Made by a program: the position numbers and the translations under genes. From Octopus vulgaris (lineage: Eukaryota): 64,000 nucleotides of DNA. Under the pieces are notes generated by a model, which was not told the origin of the DNA, made no database searches, and worked only from the letters and a program-made list of their open reading frames with translations. Positions within the stretch are counted from its first letter, which is position 1; every line of letters begins with the position of its first letter. Location of the stretch: positions 75,826,001 through 75,890,000 of the forward strand of contig OX597827.1 in assembly GCA_951406725.2 (NCBI GenBank). The letters are read 5' to 3'. This document shows positions 9,431 to 23,507 of this stretch, piece after piece.

Positions 9431-12220
9431 ATGGAGAGATCTGCTGGTGTTCCATTCCACTATGACATGTATGGGATGCCCTTCCACCCAGCTCATAGTC
9501 TTCATCCTCAACGAATGTCTCACATTCCTGAGAAATCAATACACAATACTCTGGCCTCGGCCAGCAAACATTTCAGCCACAACAATGATCATGCACTGGA
9601 CACCCAGCGTATGTTGCAAAGTCACTCTGTTGAGAAGTCACTGCACAGTGACCTGAGTCGGTCCCAGTACAGCCATGGTCATGTCTCTCACAGCAGCCAC
9701 ACATCAAACCATGCCCAGCAGCAACGAATTATGTCAATCGCTGAGAAGTCTCTACATCAACACAACAATGAACTGACCAGCAAACACCTTCACCATAGAC
9801 AGAGTTCATCTCATTCTCATACCTCGTCTGCATCTCATTCTTCACACAGTTCACAGAGGTTATCACTTGCTGCTGACAAATCTATCCTCAACAGTGTTGG
9901 TAGTTCGTCTGGTAAACACTATTCACACGAACATGTGCAGGCCTCACAGAGAATGTCGCATGAAAAGTCATCTCATAGTCCCAGCATCATGGGAAAACAG
10001 TTTTCTCATGGAAACTCTCTTGATACTTCGAGGATGTCACATGTTCCAGAGAAAAACATTCACAACAGCATCTCCAGTAAACAGATCTCTTCCCACAGAC
10101 ATAACTTGGAGAAGGAGAGAATAGCCTCACCAGTTGACAAACCAGACAACAACAGCAACAGCGACCTGTCTGGGAGCCAGTTCTCTCATGAGTCGACTAT
10201 CGAGAGCCAGAGGCTGCCACTGCCCTATATTGGTCAGACAGTGTTTCCTGGTAACAATATGTACAGCAGCCAGTATTCTCAGCCATGTTACTTACCGACC
10301 ACTGACAGAATGCAGTCAAGCTTGGAGGGCGGACAATCATCCAAGGAGAGTTCTTCTCAAAAGACCTCCACTTCTAGTATTGATAAATCATTCCATGGTG
10401 ATGTGTCTCAAAAACAATACGGCCCGAACAAACTCTCGCAGAGCTCCATAAAACAACATCAACAGCAGCCGCAAGAGGATGATGAGGAGGAGGAGGACGA
10501 AGATGAACAACCCCGTCACGCTCAACCCCTCAAACAGCTCTTCTGCGATTACTGCGGCAAGAAGTTTGCTCAGGAATATTTGATGCACATGCACCGAAGG
10601 AAACATACGGGAGAGAAACCGTTCCAGTGCGACATCTGTCACAGACAGTTCTCTCGCAGAGATGTCTTAAAAAGACATCGCAAAAACCACTTAGCAGAAC
10701 CTAAAGCTCCAATTAGCAGCAGTTTTCCAACAATGTCATCACCCCCAATCCAAAGCCCAGAAGCTCAGTCCCCAAAGTATCAACCTCACCTCCAAATGCA
10801 GGCTTCTTTATCTCAAAAAAGCAACTCCAGCAGTTATCAAGGAGTCTCACCTGATATTCCTAGATTTGAAGATCTTCATAATGTCTCAGGTGGGAAGAAG
10901 TTTTATTTTTGTGACATCTGCCACAAGCAATTTGCCCAGCGCTACTACTTAGCCATACACCGAAGATCTCACACTGGCGAGAAACCTTTTCAATGCGACT
11001 TCTGCATTCAGCGGTTTTCCAGAAAAGATACATTAAAGATCCATCGTAGAACACACACTGGGGAAATGCCGTTCCAATGCGATGCTTGCCCTGAAAAGTT
11101 TTCGCAGAGAATTAAACTTCAGATGCACAAGAAGACACATATTAGCAAGAAGAAATATCAGTGTGACATCTGTCACAAGCAGTTTGCCCAACGCTATTAC
11201 CTGCGCACCCACATGACCATCCATACTGGAGAAAAACGGAACCAGTGTGACATTTGCTTCAAGCAGTTTGCCCAAAGGTACTATTTGCAAATCCACAAGA
11301 GGCTTCATACAGGGGAGAAACTCCTTCATTGCGATGTCTGCTTAAAAAAGTTCACCCAGAAGCATTATTTGGTTATTCACAAACGAACTCACACCGGCGA
11401 AAAGCCGTATCAATGTGATTTTTGTATCCAGAAATTTGCACGCAAAACTACACTTCAGATTCATCGACGGACCCACACGGGGGAGAAACCTTTCCATTGT
11501 GACCTCTGTCCCGAACAGTTTGCTCAGAGCAACAAACTACGAGCTCATAAGAAGCTTCATGAGAAGGTTTCTCAGAAACGTACCTATGTTACCACCATCA
11601 CTTCAATAAAAGGTGACATGACAAAGAAACATTACCAGTGTGATGTTTGTATGAAGCTGTTTGCCCAGAGGCATTATCTGCAGGTTCACAAAAGGTCTCA
11701 CACCGGGGAGAGACCGTTCCAGTGTGAGATTTGCTTCAAACAGTTTGCTCAGAGAAACACATTACAGATACACAAGCGAACACACACAGGAGAGAAACCA
11801 TTCCAGTGTGAAGTCTGCCTCAAGAACTTTGCCCACAAACACTACCTGCAATTGCATAAACGGACCCACACCGGGGAAAAGCCGTTCCAGTGTGACTTCT
11901 GCTTCAAGCAATTTGCACAGAGGAATTCCCTCCATATCCACCGCAGGACACATACAGGCGAACGACCGTTCCAGTGTGACTTCTGTTTCAAAACATTTGC
12001 CCAGAAACACTACCTACGACTGCACAAACGAACCCATACAGGGGAGAAGGCCTTCCACTGTGACTTGTGCCCTAAACACTTTGCTAGGAGCGACACACTA
12101 CATCGCCACAAGAAGACCCACAACAAGACTGCCAGTAAACCTCCAAAGACTTCTTCAAACTCCATCAACAAAACGGTTGAAGAATTTCCTCCTATGAGCA
12201 CTTATTTGTGGCAACTGTGA
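9431..12220 (+). CDS. C2H2 zinc-finger protein, 929 aa, 16 fingers (clusters of 2+8+6), His/Ser-rich N-terminus, polyQ/acidic patch
   Basis: Uninterrupted 2.8-kb ORF with repeated CxxC-x12-HxxxH and TGEKP linkers; no KRAB/BTB-type domain recognised. Confidence 0.96.
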   Translation: MERSAGVPFHYDMYGMPFHPAHSLHPQRMSHIPEKSIHNTLASASKHFSHNNDHALDTQRMLQSHSVEKSLHSDLSRSQYSHGHVSHSSHTSNHAQQQRIMSIAEKSLHQHNNELTSKHLHHRQSSSHSHTSSASHSSHSSQRLSLAADKSILNSVGSSSGKHYSHEHVQASQRMSHEKSSHSPSIMGKQFSHGNSLDTSRMSHVPEKNIHNSISSKQISSHRHNLEKERIASPVDKPDNNSNSDLSGSQFSHESTIESQRLPLPYIGQTVFPGNNMYSSQYSQPCYLPTTDRMQSSLEGGQSSKESSSQKTSTSSIDKSFHGDVSQKQYGPNKLSQSSIKQHQQQPQEDDEEEEDEDEQPRHAQPLKQLFCDYCGKKFAQEYLMHMHRRKHTGEKPFQCDICHRQFSRRDVLKRHRKNHLAEPKAPISSSFPTMSSPPIQSPEAQSPKYQPHLQMQASLSQKSNSSSYQGVSPDIPRFEDLHNVSGGKKFYFCDICHKQFAQRYYLAIHRRSHTGEKPFQCDFCIQRFSRKDTLKIHRRTHTGEMPFQCDACPEKFSQRIKLQMHKKTHISKKKYQCDICHKQFAQRYYLRTHMTIHTGEKRNQCDICFKQFAQRYYLQIHKRLHTGEKLLHCDVCLKKFTQKHYLVIHKRTHTGEKPYQCDFCIQKFARKTTLQIHRRTHTGEKPFHCDLCPEQFAQSNKLRAHKKLHEKVSQKRTYVTTITSIKGDMTKKHYQCDVCMKLFAQRHYLQVHKRSHTGERPFQCEICFKQFAQRNTLQIHKRTHTGEKPFQCEVCLKNFAHKHYLQLHKRTHTGEKPFQCDFCFKQFAQRNSLHIHRRTHTGERPFQCDFCFKTFAQKHYLRLHKRTHTGEKAFHCDLCPKHFARSDTLHRHKKTHNKTASKPPKTSSNSINKTVEEFPPMSTYLWQL

Positions 12221-12779
12221 TCTGATGGCAATTAATGCCAAATAATGGCCTATATTGCATACCTGTGTTTGATAAATTCATTTTTTATTATAAGATCCTA
12301 TATCTTTATTTTGTGTCTGTGTGTGTGTGATAAAACATTTACAAATCTATATATCTATGTTCATTCTATGTGTGTATGTAAACGTGTGATATATGCTGCA
12401 TGTATGTATGCATATATGCGTGTATATTTGTGTGTATATGTATATACATGCCCTGCACTGGCATAACGTCGAACAAAACAGTTAGACCTTGATTATCTGA
12501 ATAAGACAGGCAAAGAGTATTTTTGTTTGGGTAACTGATCTGATCATGAACAAAGGCAGCCGTGTTGAACTTAATTGTGGGACCTCGAGATTTCGTTTGG
12601 GAAACTGATGTTCAGATAATTAAAGTTTAACTGTGCATTAAACAAATTAATTTTTAAAAAATGAATGAAATGAAAGCGTGACCTGGTGTCAATGAGCATT
12701 AACATAAAGAAACTGCTGGTCTTAACAAATACAAACATGTACATACAGGCACACAAAAACATATACATATATATATATT

Positions 12780-12991
12780 AAGGGGGCGAGCTGGCAGAAA
12801 CGTTAGCGCGCCGGGCGAAATGCTTAGCGGTATTTCGTCTGTCGTCATGTTCTGAGGTCGACTTTGCCTTTCGTCCTTTCGGGGTCGATAAATAAAGTAC
12901 CAGTTTCGCACTGGGGTCGATGTAATCGACTTAATCCCATTGTCTGTCCTTGTTTGTCCCCTCTGTGTTTAGCCCCTTGTGGGCAGTAAAG

Positions 12992-12994
<3 letters not shown>
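12780..12994 (+). mobile_element. SINE family B (B-box region deleted)
   Basis: Matches 6968-7200 with an internal deletion. Confidence 0.8.
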
Positions 12995-13036
<42 letters not shown>

Positions 13037-15151
13037 TATGCATATATATGTATATATATACACCTACAGATGTGTGTATGCACATGCATTCAACAGCAGT
13101 GATAAATGATGACAAAACCAGCACTGAATGCCAAAAACTGAAAGCTAAGCAGCATATTATTTAAGGTGCTAATGCTCCACCAACTGAGCTACAACTGTCC
13201 ATACTCATACACACGCATACATGCGCATATATATACATACATTCGTGTTCGTGTATATATAGTGAGAGAGAGAGAGAGAGAGAGAACGAAAGATATTTAT
13301 GCAAAGAAATGTGTATTCACTATGAAATCATACAACAAAATACAAAAAAAAAAGCGAAACAAAAAAAAAAGGTGCTTATTGATTATATATATATGAAATT
13401 TTTTATTTTGCGGTTTGGTGGTGCAGTGGTTGATTGGCAGACAAAGTTTATGACCCAAGTTGTATTCTAATGTGAACAACACAGTTTCTTGTCCCTTCTG
13501 CATCTCATGCCTCACAGAATGAAATTATCATCATCATCATCATCGTCATCATCGTCGTCGTCGTGATTATTAATGAAATGTAATGAGCATCACATCTTCC
13601 CATTATTTCACTCCTATAAATCTGGGGCCTTGACTCTACACAAGACTGTGTGTGTATGTGTGTGTGTGTGTGTGTGTGTGAGTGCCAAATCTACAAACCA
13701 GTTTCTTTTGCCAGCTGGAGCTACTTAATTTTTTTGTCAGTGATCCCCTTTTTCTAGTTTCTATTCCTCCCCCCTCCCTCCAAAAAGAAAAAAACTCAGG
13801 TTTCAAGCCCATATTGGAAAAAAAAACAAAAAAAAACGTATATTATCATTATTATTATTATTATTTTTACTATTACAAAAAGCAAAAAAGAAGAAAAAAA
13901 ACAAAACGAAACGACAAACTATGGTGTGAGGCTGGCAGAAAACAGAAAGTGTTATATTTAATGTTTCTAAGTAATTTACTTTTGTTTCATTGCCATTTCT
14001 GATGTGAAATGCCACCCAGGTAGACATTGTGTTTCATATTTGATGAGGAGGCTGCCAGTCAAATAGGTACCAGTAAGATGTTGTTATTGATTCAGTTGGC
14101 TTCTTTTGTAAAAATATTGCTTGTTGCAACTAACTCGGAGGCTTACATTATATTGTCATTGTTGTAAGGCAAGTGAGCTTGGCAGAATTGATGGCACCCT
14201 GAACGAAATGCCTAGCACCATTTTGCTCATCACTACATTTTGAGCTCAAATTCTGCCGAGGTTGACTTTACCTTTCATCCTTTAAGTACCAGTTGCGTAC
14301 TGGGATCAATGTAATCGACTGACCCCCACCCCCAATTTTCAGGCCTTTTGACTATAATAGAAAGTATTATTGTTGTTGTTGTTGTTATTGATGTTAGGGG
14401 AGTCGGCCCACCCCTGACTAAATAATAGCAGGGTGCAGGAACTGCAATAAGTGGTGTGACTCTGTGCTGGAACAAACCCATTGTGACATTGTGGTTCATT
14501 TTGTAACTACATGGCTCTGGGTCCAGTTCCACAGAGCAACAAATGTTTGTTTTTGTGCCGTAGCCTCAGGTTGACTTATACAGTGTGAGGCAGATTTGGT
14601 AGAAGGAAACTGATGGAAGCCCTTCATGTATGTGTAAGCATGCAAACATACTGATATCCCATGGCTACACTTGTCACTGCCTGAGTGAAATGGTGATAGA
14701 ACATTCGCATTCCTTGTTGATATTACAACCAGTCGATCTATGTAGGGGAATAAAAAGGGGCTCTTGCTTGTAAACAGGTAAGGGTTGCTGACAGAAAGGA
14801 CATCAGGTCATAAAATATTGCCTTGAACAAATCCCCAGCCAGCATGGAAAAATGAATGTTAAGCAAACAAGTCCGTTTGGATGAGTTTCACTGATGTACA
14901 TCTTTGAGAAAAACTGAAGAATGGTGCTTTAGGAACAAGGTTCATTGCTATGTTTATTCAACATCAAGTTGCAGGTACTCCCTTGCCACACTCACTGTTA
15001 AAATGCAGTGAATCAGGGATTGGGCCATTGGAAACTTGCAAGCAATGATACAGTAATTCACAAAAAATGCGAAAATATAATGAAATAAAATAACCCATGC
15101 CAGTCAAGAAACATGGGCATAGAATAAGGATAATAAATTTTGTCTATTTTA

Positions 15152-15182
<31 letters not shown>

Positions 15183-15183
<1 letters not shown>

Positions 15184-15567
15184 GGGAAGCACTCCGTCGG
15201 TTACGACGACGAGGGTTCCGGTTGATCCGATCAACGGAACAGCCTGCTTGTGAAATTAACGTGTAAGTGGCTGAGCACTCCACAGACACGTGTACCCTTA
15301 ACGTAGTTCTCGGGGATATTCAGCGTGACACAGAGAGTGACAAGGCCGGCCCTTTGAAATACAGGTACAACAGAAACAGGAAGTAAGAGTGAGAGAAAGT
15401 TGTGGTGAAAGAGTACAGCAGGGATCACCACCATCCCCTGCCAGAGCCTCGTGGAGCTTTTTAGGTGTTTTCGCTCAATAAACACTCACAACGCCCGGTC
15501 TGGGAATCGAAACCGCGATCCTACGACCGCGAGTCCGCTGCCCTAACCACTGGGCCATTGCGCCTCC
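15183..15567 (-). mobile_element. Young full-length tRNA-derived SINE family D
   Basis: Head GGAGGCGCAATGGCCCAGTGGTTAGG...GGTTTCGATTCCC; CpG-rich; flanked by TTTAATATATATATAT on both sides (likely TSD). Confidence 0.85.
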
Positions 15568-16524
15568 TTTAATATATATATATATATACACAAAAGGTAA
15601 GGAGTGGAACAAGTGGTGTGGACTACAGTTGTTTCATAACAAGCTGAAGTCTGTTACATAAGTTGTAATGAGCACAGTCCACCTTGGCTAATCTTCAGGT
15701 CTCTGTTACCTCAACATTGTTTACATTGCTGCTTGCATCTGTGGATTGTACTTACCCATTGCTATTTATATATAAAATACACCACCACCACCACCACCAT
15801 TTCCAACAGAGCCATTTACCCCATGACACTCTACTTTTTTATGCTATATATGGAACACAAACATGTTTCGAAGGTTGTTTGTTCCTTAACTTTTTATGTC
15901 AATGCATCTCACTGAAGACAGACTGACAATGCTTGCTCTTTGAGCCATACCTTAGGGTCTTGAATCTGTAGAATTGTTAGACATTTGGACAAAATGCCTG
16001 CAGTATTTGGTTGTGGCTGTTTACTTTCTAAGCTCAATTTCTGTTGTGGTTAACTTTGTCTTTTGTCCTTCTGGTGTTCATAAAGTATCAGCTCGGCTCG
16101 TATAATGCTTCCTTACAAGTAAATGGAATCATTAGAGAAGACTTCACCTCTTGGAAAAGGGTTTCTGTTCAACACCATAAGCTGACATTTTTATCTATTA
16201 TCTGTGGTCCATGTTGCTTGAAGTTACCTGTTTGTATACACAAATGTGAGTTCAGTAGTGTTTGTTATCATGGACACAGCCCAGTGCTACTGACAAAATA
16301 CTGAAATGATAGCCCCATGCTGGTAGGCTGTCATTGTTAACTTTGCTAAGTAGGAGGTCAAGTCACCTTCAGATCACAGCCTACTCTCTTTTTTAAAAAA
16401 CGGATACAATGGCAAATATAATGCTGTATGTACTGTGTCCGAATAAAAAAGAAGGAATGGTCATGGCTGGAATAGATTTGCCCGTAGGTCTACTATGACA
16501 ACAACGATATAATGTATCATGGAT

Positions 16525-16720
16525 ATCATCATCATCATCATCATCATCATTTAACATCTGTTTTCCATGCTGGCATGGGTTGGATGGCTTGACAAGAACT
16601 GGCAAAGCCAGGGGCCCACACCAGGTCCCACAGTCTGTTTTGGCTTGGGTTCTGCAGCTGGATGCCCTTCCTAACACTAGCCACTTTACTGAGTCTACTC
16701 AATGCTTTTTACGTTGCACC
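16525..16720 (-). mobile_element. 3' end of RTE-type LINE family C, diverged
   Basis: (CAT)n tail plus GGATGCCCTTCCTAAC. Confidence 0.7.
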
Positions 16721-18121
16721 ATCACCAGGGATTTTTCTATGTACATGGCTCCATCATCAGTGCTTTTTATGGCCTAAACCCCCTACAAACAACATCAGCA
16801 TTTATCATGATAGAAGGGAAACTCCATATGGAACGGGTGGAGGGAGCTTTCTGTTGCCTTTTCATTACCATAAGAGAAATTTCAGCTCACCACTGTCAAC
16901 TAATACATATACACACATGCACAGACAGACCTATGTGTATGTGTGTGTATATATATATATATATATAAATAATCTGCCACGGCACTCTTCTCTGGACACT
17001 AGACACTCTCTAGAAATGAATTCACTGCCAAATATGATTTAGAACAAAAAAAAAAAAAAATGAAAATTTCAACAGAAAAAAAAAAGGTTAGCAAAACAGA
17101 GAGAGAGAGAGAAAAAAAAACACTTAACAACCCCCCACCCCACCCCATTCCAATGCAAAAAAAAAAAAAGAACAAAACAAAACAAAATAATCCTGTTATT
17201 GCTAACAGCTCGAAAGGAGAAATAGTCCAAGTCAGATGTAGACGTTTGTTTTCTGGATCATCTTCTGCTTCTCCTTTTATTATCTGGGCTCCTATTAAGC
17301 ACCACTGCCTCTGCTGTCACCACCACCACCACCACCACCACCATCATTATTACTACTACTACTACTACTACTACTACTATTACTATGTGTGTGTGTGTAT
17401 CTCCTAACTCAATGATGACTGCAACTCGCCACAGGCAGCCTCCGCTGCATCAAGGCTCAGGAAAATATATTTTGACATTGTGTACTACTTCTTCCTTCCC
17501 TCCCTCCCATCATCACCACCACCACCACCACCACCACAGCCATAACCCTGGGATTTTTTTTTTTTTGGCTTATCTTTGTGGTGCTTATTTTAATTTTTTT
17601 TTTTCCCATCATCTAATTTGTATTTTTTTCTTTCTTTTCCTGTTTTTTTTTTTTTTGACAACTTCACCCCCCTCCCCCATCTTCCTGGACAATTTTTTTT
17701 TTTTTTCATCACCTCATAATTATTTGAAACAAAAAAACAAAAATCATATTAATGAAGAACAATCAGAGAACACTTGGAGAAGGACTTTGTTAAAAAATAT
17801 GTCTGTGTGTGCCCATGGATTTACAAACGTATATATATATATATATATTTGTATGTATGTGTGCATCCATGCATGTGCACACGCACACACTCACATAAAC
17901 ATACTCAACACCAACCAAGAAACTTATTTTGGGCAGGGCTGCTACTATGGATTTTTCAAATTTTCCTCTGTATATACATCTGTATGTGTGTGTAAATGAT
18001 GGCTTTGGTCATGACCTTCGTATAAATAAGGAGTGTGTATATGTGGTATGCATGTACAAGTGTGTGTGTCTATATATACATAATTATACACTATATGTGT
18101 ATATGTACATATATATATATA

Positions 18122-18875
<754 letters not shown>

Positions 18876-19205
18876 TACACATACACATATGGTTTCAGAA
18901 CTTTGTGTAAGTTTGAGTAAAAGAAATGAATGTTTGTCTTTCTGCGTTTCTCTGTTTCCATACATCTGTGTGCGTGTGTGTGTGTGTGTGTGTGTTTTTA
19001 TGCACACAAAAATATTTATGCAAATTTTTCTTAATTCATGTTTTCATGCCTGTGCTTTGTTTTTCTTTTTTTTTCTTTCCCTTTTTTTTTTTTTTTTTTT
19101 GTAATCTTTCCGTGTGGGTGTGGATGTGTTTTATACTTGTGTGCATGTAAACATCCATGTATATATGTACACACATAATGTTGCATCTAATATCCCCATT
19201 CATAC

Positions 19206-19241
<36 letters not shown>

Positions 19242-19433
19242 TTCTATGGTACCTTTTGGTGTTTATTGTCTAGCAATGGACATCAACTAAAGACAACATG
19301 GCTTTCTTTGGGACTTCATGTTGGCCCCTACAAATATACCCACATATCTATGCACACCTCTTACTGGTTCTCTCGGCCCTTAAATCAACTTGCTTATATG
19401 CACACAAATACAAAAACATACAAATGAACACAC

Positions 19434-19690
19434 ATCATCATCATCATCATCATCATTTAGTGTCCGCTTTCCATGCTAGCATGGGTTGGACGGTTTAACT
19501 GGGGTCTGTGAAGCCGGAAGGCTTCATCAGGCCCAGTCAGATTTGGCAGTGTTTCTACGGCTGGATGCCCTTCCTAACGCCAACCACTCCGCGAGTGTAG
19601 TGGGTGCTTTTTACGTGCCACCTGCACAGGTGCCAGACAGAGCTGGCACAACGGCCACGAACGGATGGTGCTTTTACGTGTCACCGGCAA
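19434..19690 (-). mobile_element. 3' end of RTE-type LINE family C
   Basis: Tail plus GTGCTTTTTACGTG repeats. Confidence 0.75.
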
Positions 19691-21934
19691 TATATACATA
19701 CATACATATACACATACACACTTTTGTATATACAAGCATATACAAATACACAAACATAACTGCACACACACACACACACACTAACATAGAATCACATAAG
19801 TACACACGTACTTCCTCCTCAGTTGTTCATTCATATTGATGATGATGATCATCATCATCATGACATCATTGATGGCAGCATTTGGGGATTGGCCAACGAA
19901 ACCTTTTTGTCGATGTGTCAGTGGTTCTGAACCTTTCCAGCTGCTGACCTACTCACACCCTGTGACATCTTTTCTCATGAGACTACCAAGCATATCTCTC
20001 GGCAGCAAGACTCCCATGTCCCTGAAGCTCTAAATGCTAAAGTCTTTTTTGCAAGGAGGCCTCACCATTGCCCACTGATTAAGTATTTCCTTCTACAAGC
20101 ACAAATGTAGGAAAGACATTTCTAAAATATGACAGCGAGTCTCAGTCAGCCATAACTCTAAGCTCTCTGCGTAAAAGTGTGTGGATGTTGGCAGTTCAAG
20201 TGGCCACCATTCAACTTCACGGTGTAGCTGCTGTAAACAGTCTCCATCTCTCTCTGATATACAGCAGAGTTGGCAGAACAGCAGCTCTGTAGGCCTTCTG
20301 CTTGGTTTGATGGTCGAGGCCCTTCCTCGCCCAGATGTTCTTGTGAAGTTCACCAAAGGCTATGATGGACTTGGCCTTCTGCTCTTGACTTCATCAATAT
20401 GGATGATTCTTGAGAGAGTGGTTGCCAAGGATATGTGAGCTTGTTTGTTGGTGGTATGCAGATTCTGGTTCTTGACTGTGTTTGCAGGTGTGATTCACCC
20501 CTTATGAGGGGCTGAATGGTATGCATTGGTGTTGATGGTGAGGCTAATATCATTGCAGGCTAAAAGAACCTGTTTTATGCATCCCAAACGCTAAGCCGGC
20601 ACTGTGAGTACTGCCATCTGCAAACAGGACCACACATGCTGTATCAGCTTTCAGTTTGGTTTCATCCTGGAGTTTTTTTTTTCCCCAGGTTGATTAAGCC
20701 TGCCATCAGTGTTGTAGCCCTGGGTGAGACTGTCTTCTCAGTTCACGAAAAGTATCAGTCAACAAACTGTACACATACACTCACACACACACACACAGAA
20801 AGAGAGAAGGCTTTATATTAAAGTCTTTATTATCCTAGCAAAGAAGTGCTTTATATTATTAACTTTATTACTCAGGTAAATATCCAGTCAGAGATATTTT
20901 TTATTGATATAACCAAATGGTTTAGGGATTGTGCCCTTATCCCTTTCCAAACCCTCTCGATTTTGTGGTTACCAGCAAGGAAGTATTGTTGGGATGCAGT
21001 TTTAAAAAATTGGGTATTGACAAAGTAAAGGGAATAGGAGAAAGGGTTGAGTGTGAAATGCTAAGGGTGGGTGGTGAGCAAGGTTTGTCTGTTGGGTAAT
21101 CAAATTTGAATGCAATAAAAACTGTGCATGACAGGTGCACAGTTTCAGATGCATAACGTTCTAGTGTTGCGACTTACTTGAGGATCAGCTGTTGTTTAGA
21201 ACTGGTGTGTCACTAGAGGCCCAGCGTTTCTGGTGGAAATGCTGATTATTGGAGCCCCGTGGTGGCCATGAAGAGTAACCTGAGAATGTGATGGGAAGAT
21301 ATCACTTAGGGAAGAGGAGTTACAATTGAATAGACATGATCTTTAAGTTATGATGGGAGAGGAGTGGTTAGGGTTTCTAACCAGTCTCACAGCAATAAGG
21401 TTCTTCTTTGGAGAAAGTATTGGTTTGCATAACATGGGGATAGCAAATGGTTTCATGGGTGTGTTGTGGCCTGAACATACATGTATACATGCAATTGCAC
21501 ACACGTGTGTGTATGTCCATGTATGTATACACATGATTATTTGCATGGTAAGAGAATCAGCCCAGTGGCTCAAGAAATACTTCCTCCATATTATTTAAGG
21601 GGCCTTCCACCAGAACAGCAATCACCCTGCTAACAACAGATGGTCCCAAATGACACTAGACATATTCACGGCTAGTATATAGTAAGTAGGATAGCTAATC
21701 CACTGCCAATGTGTGTCCCCTTTAAGGGATTTTGGACATTCTCCTCACCTTGAAAGGGGATGCTCAAAAACTGTATCCTCTTTCACTGTAAGTGCATGTA
21801 TAAAGTCAACAATGTACGTGTGTGTGTGGTATAAGTATATATATATATATATATATGATGTGTTTATTTATATGCTTATGTGTATGAATATATATATACC
21901 CATATGTATTTGTGTGCACGTGTGTGTGTGTGTG

Positions 21935-21965
<31 letters not shown>

Positions 21966-21970
21966 GTACA

Positions 21971-22006
<36 letters not shown>

Positions 22007-22019
22007 CATACATATATAT

Positions 22020-22054
<35 letters not shown>

Positions 22055-22795
22055 ACATGTATGTATTGTACAGTTATTTATAGATATCAGTACATATAAG
22101 CATTGAAATGAATGTCTGCGCACACACTCACACACAGACACACACACACACATCTATGCATTGATAGTATTTCTATCCAGGCACTAGTATTACCAACACT
22201 TCTGAGTATTAAAGAAGAGGGGAAGGATAAAAAAAAAAAAACCTGGTTGATATTAACAATTATGAATGTTCCCAGTCTGCCTGGATGTCTGAGGGGTGAT
22301 GGTTGAAACACTGATGTGTATATTTGTATATTTGTTGTCATTTTTTTTTTGTGGGGGTGGGGGGGAAATATTGCCCCAACAAAGGCGGCTCTAATCAGCA
22401 AATAATTTATAATGAAGTTTGTTTTTGGATATATGCAAATAGAATTCTATGTAAAAAAAAAGTGTGTGTGTGTTGTATGTATATATGTGTAGATAGATGT
22501 ACACATATGCATACACACAAATGTAAAGCTATGTATATAGATGCATAATTTTTCTACTGCTGTGTATATGTACACATTACTGTGTTTATATGTGAATTCC
22601 ATGTGTGTGTGTGTATATATATATGTATGTATATATATGCACACGCATATATATTCTTATAATGTGTGTTTACTCTGCTCTTGGTGTTTATATATACTCT
22701 ACAATGAACAGTGAGACATTAAATGTATGCTTATTGATAAATTGATACATTTGCATGATTTCTGATGTGTGGTTGTATACGCACTAACACACATG

Positions 22796-22831
<36 letters not shown>

Positions 22832-23027
22832 CATGCATATGTGTCTATGTTTGTATATATGTATGCATATATGTGTATATATATATGTTTATGTGTGTGT
22901 ATATATGTATGGTGGTGCTATTAAGTTAGACATGGCCGAAACCTATCAAAGTATGCATGCATATGTGTCTATGTTTGTATATATGTATGCATGTATATAT
23001 GTGTGTATATATATACATACGTGCATA

Positions 23028-23058
<31 letters not shown>

Positions 23059-23467
23059 GTATTACCAATTGAGGGTTTGAACACAGCTTATTCTTAGTGG
23101 TTTCTTAATGTCGAATGGCAGAATTGATAAAGTGAAAAGATGCCTTTTTGCATTGAATTATGTTCTCGGTTCAAATTCCATTGGTCAACTGTAACTTTTA
23201 TTAGTTAAGGGGCCCATAAAGCAAGTACCATTCAAGAATTGGGCTCCATAGTAATCAACTGTACCTCCTCATTAATTTGTCCCTTCATACATGTCTAATT
23301 CCTATAACTACTGTTATTAACAGTAAAGTACAGGAAACATTTCTTACATCTTGTTATATTAAGTGTTCAAATCCTTGGTGAGTGAAGCCAGAACCTTTGA
23401 CTTACCAGGGTTCATTCAATCAACTATACTTTAACTCCAGCAATTTCTCTTCTGATGCCCATCTCAG

Positions 23468-23507
<40 letters not shown>

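Noticed and set aside
11661-12197. 178-aa alternative-frame ORF inside the ZNF
   Set aside because: Expected shadow of repetitive finger codons; no independent features
15183-15567. Possible tRNA gene at 15495-15567
   Set aside because: tRNA-like head continues into a SINE body; not a clean cloverleaf
15615-15693. Hammerhead-like GAAACAACTGTA with GTGGAC/GTCCAC stem (minus strand)
   Set aside because: CUGANGA core missing; at most a degraded relic
17060-17999. polyH/polyY/polyF ORFs
   Set aside because: Triplet and mononucleotide runs in UTR-like DNA
19860-21330. Coding-like complexity (also 23945-24470, 25700-25950, 49350-50370)
   Set aside because: Probably decayed retroelements, but no motif could be recognised with confidence
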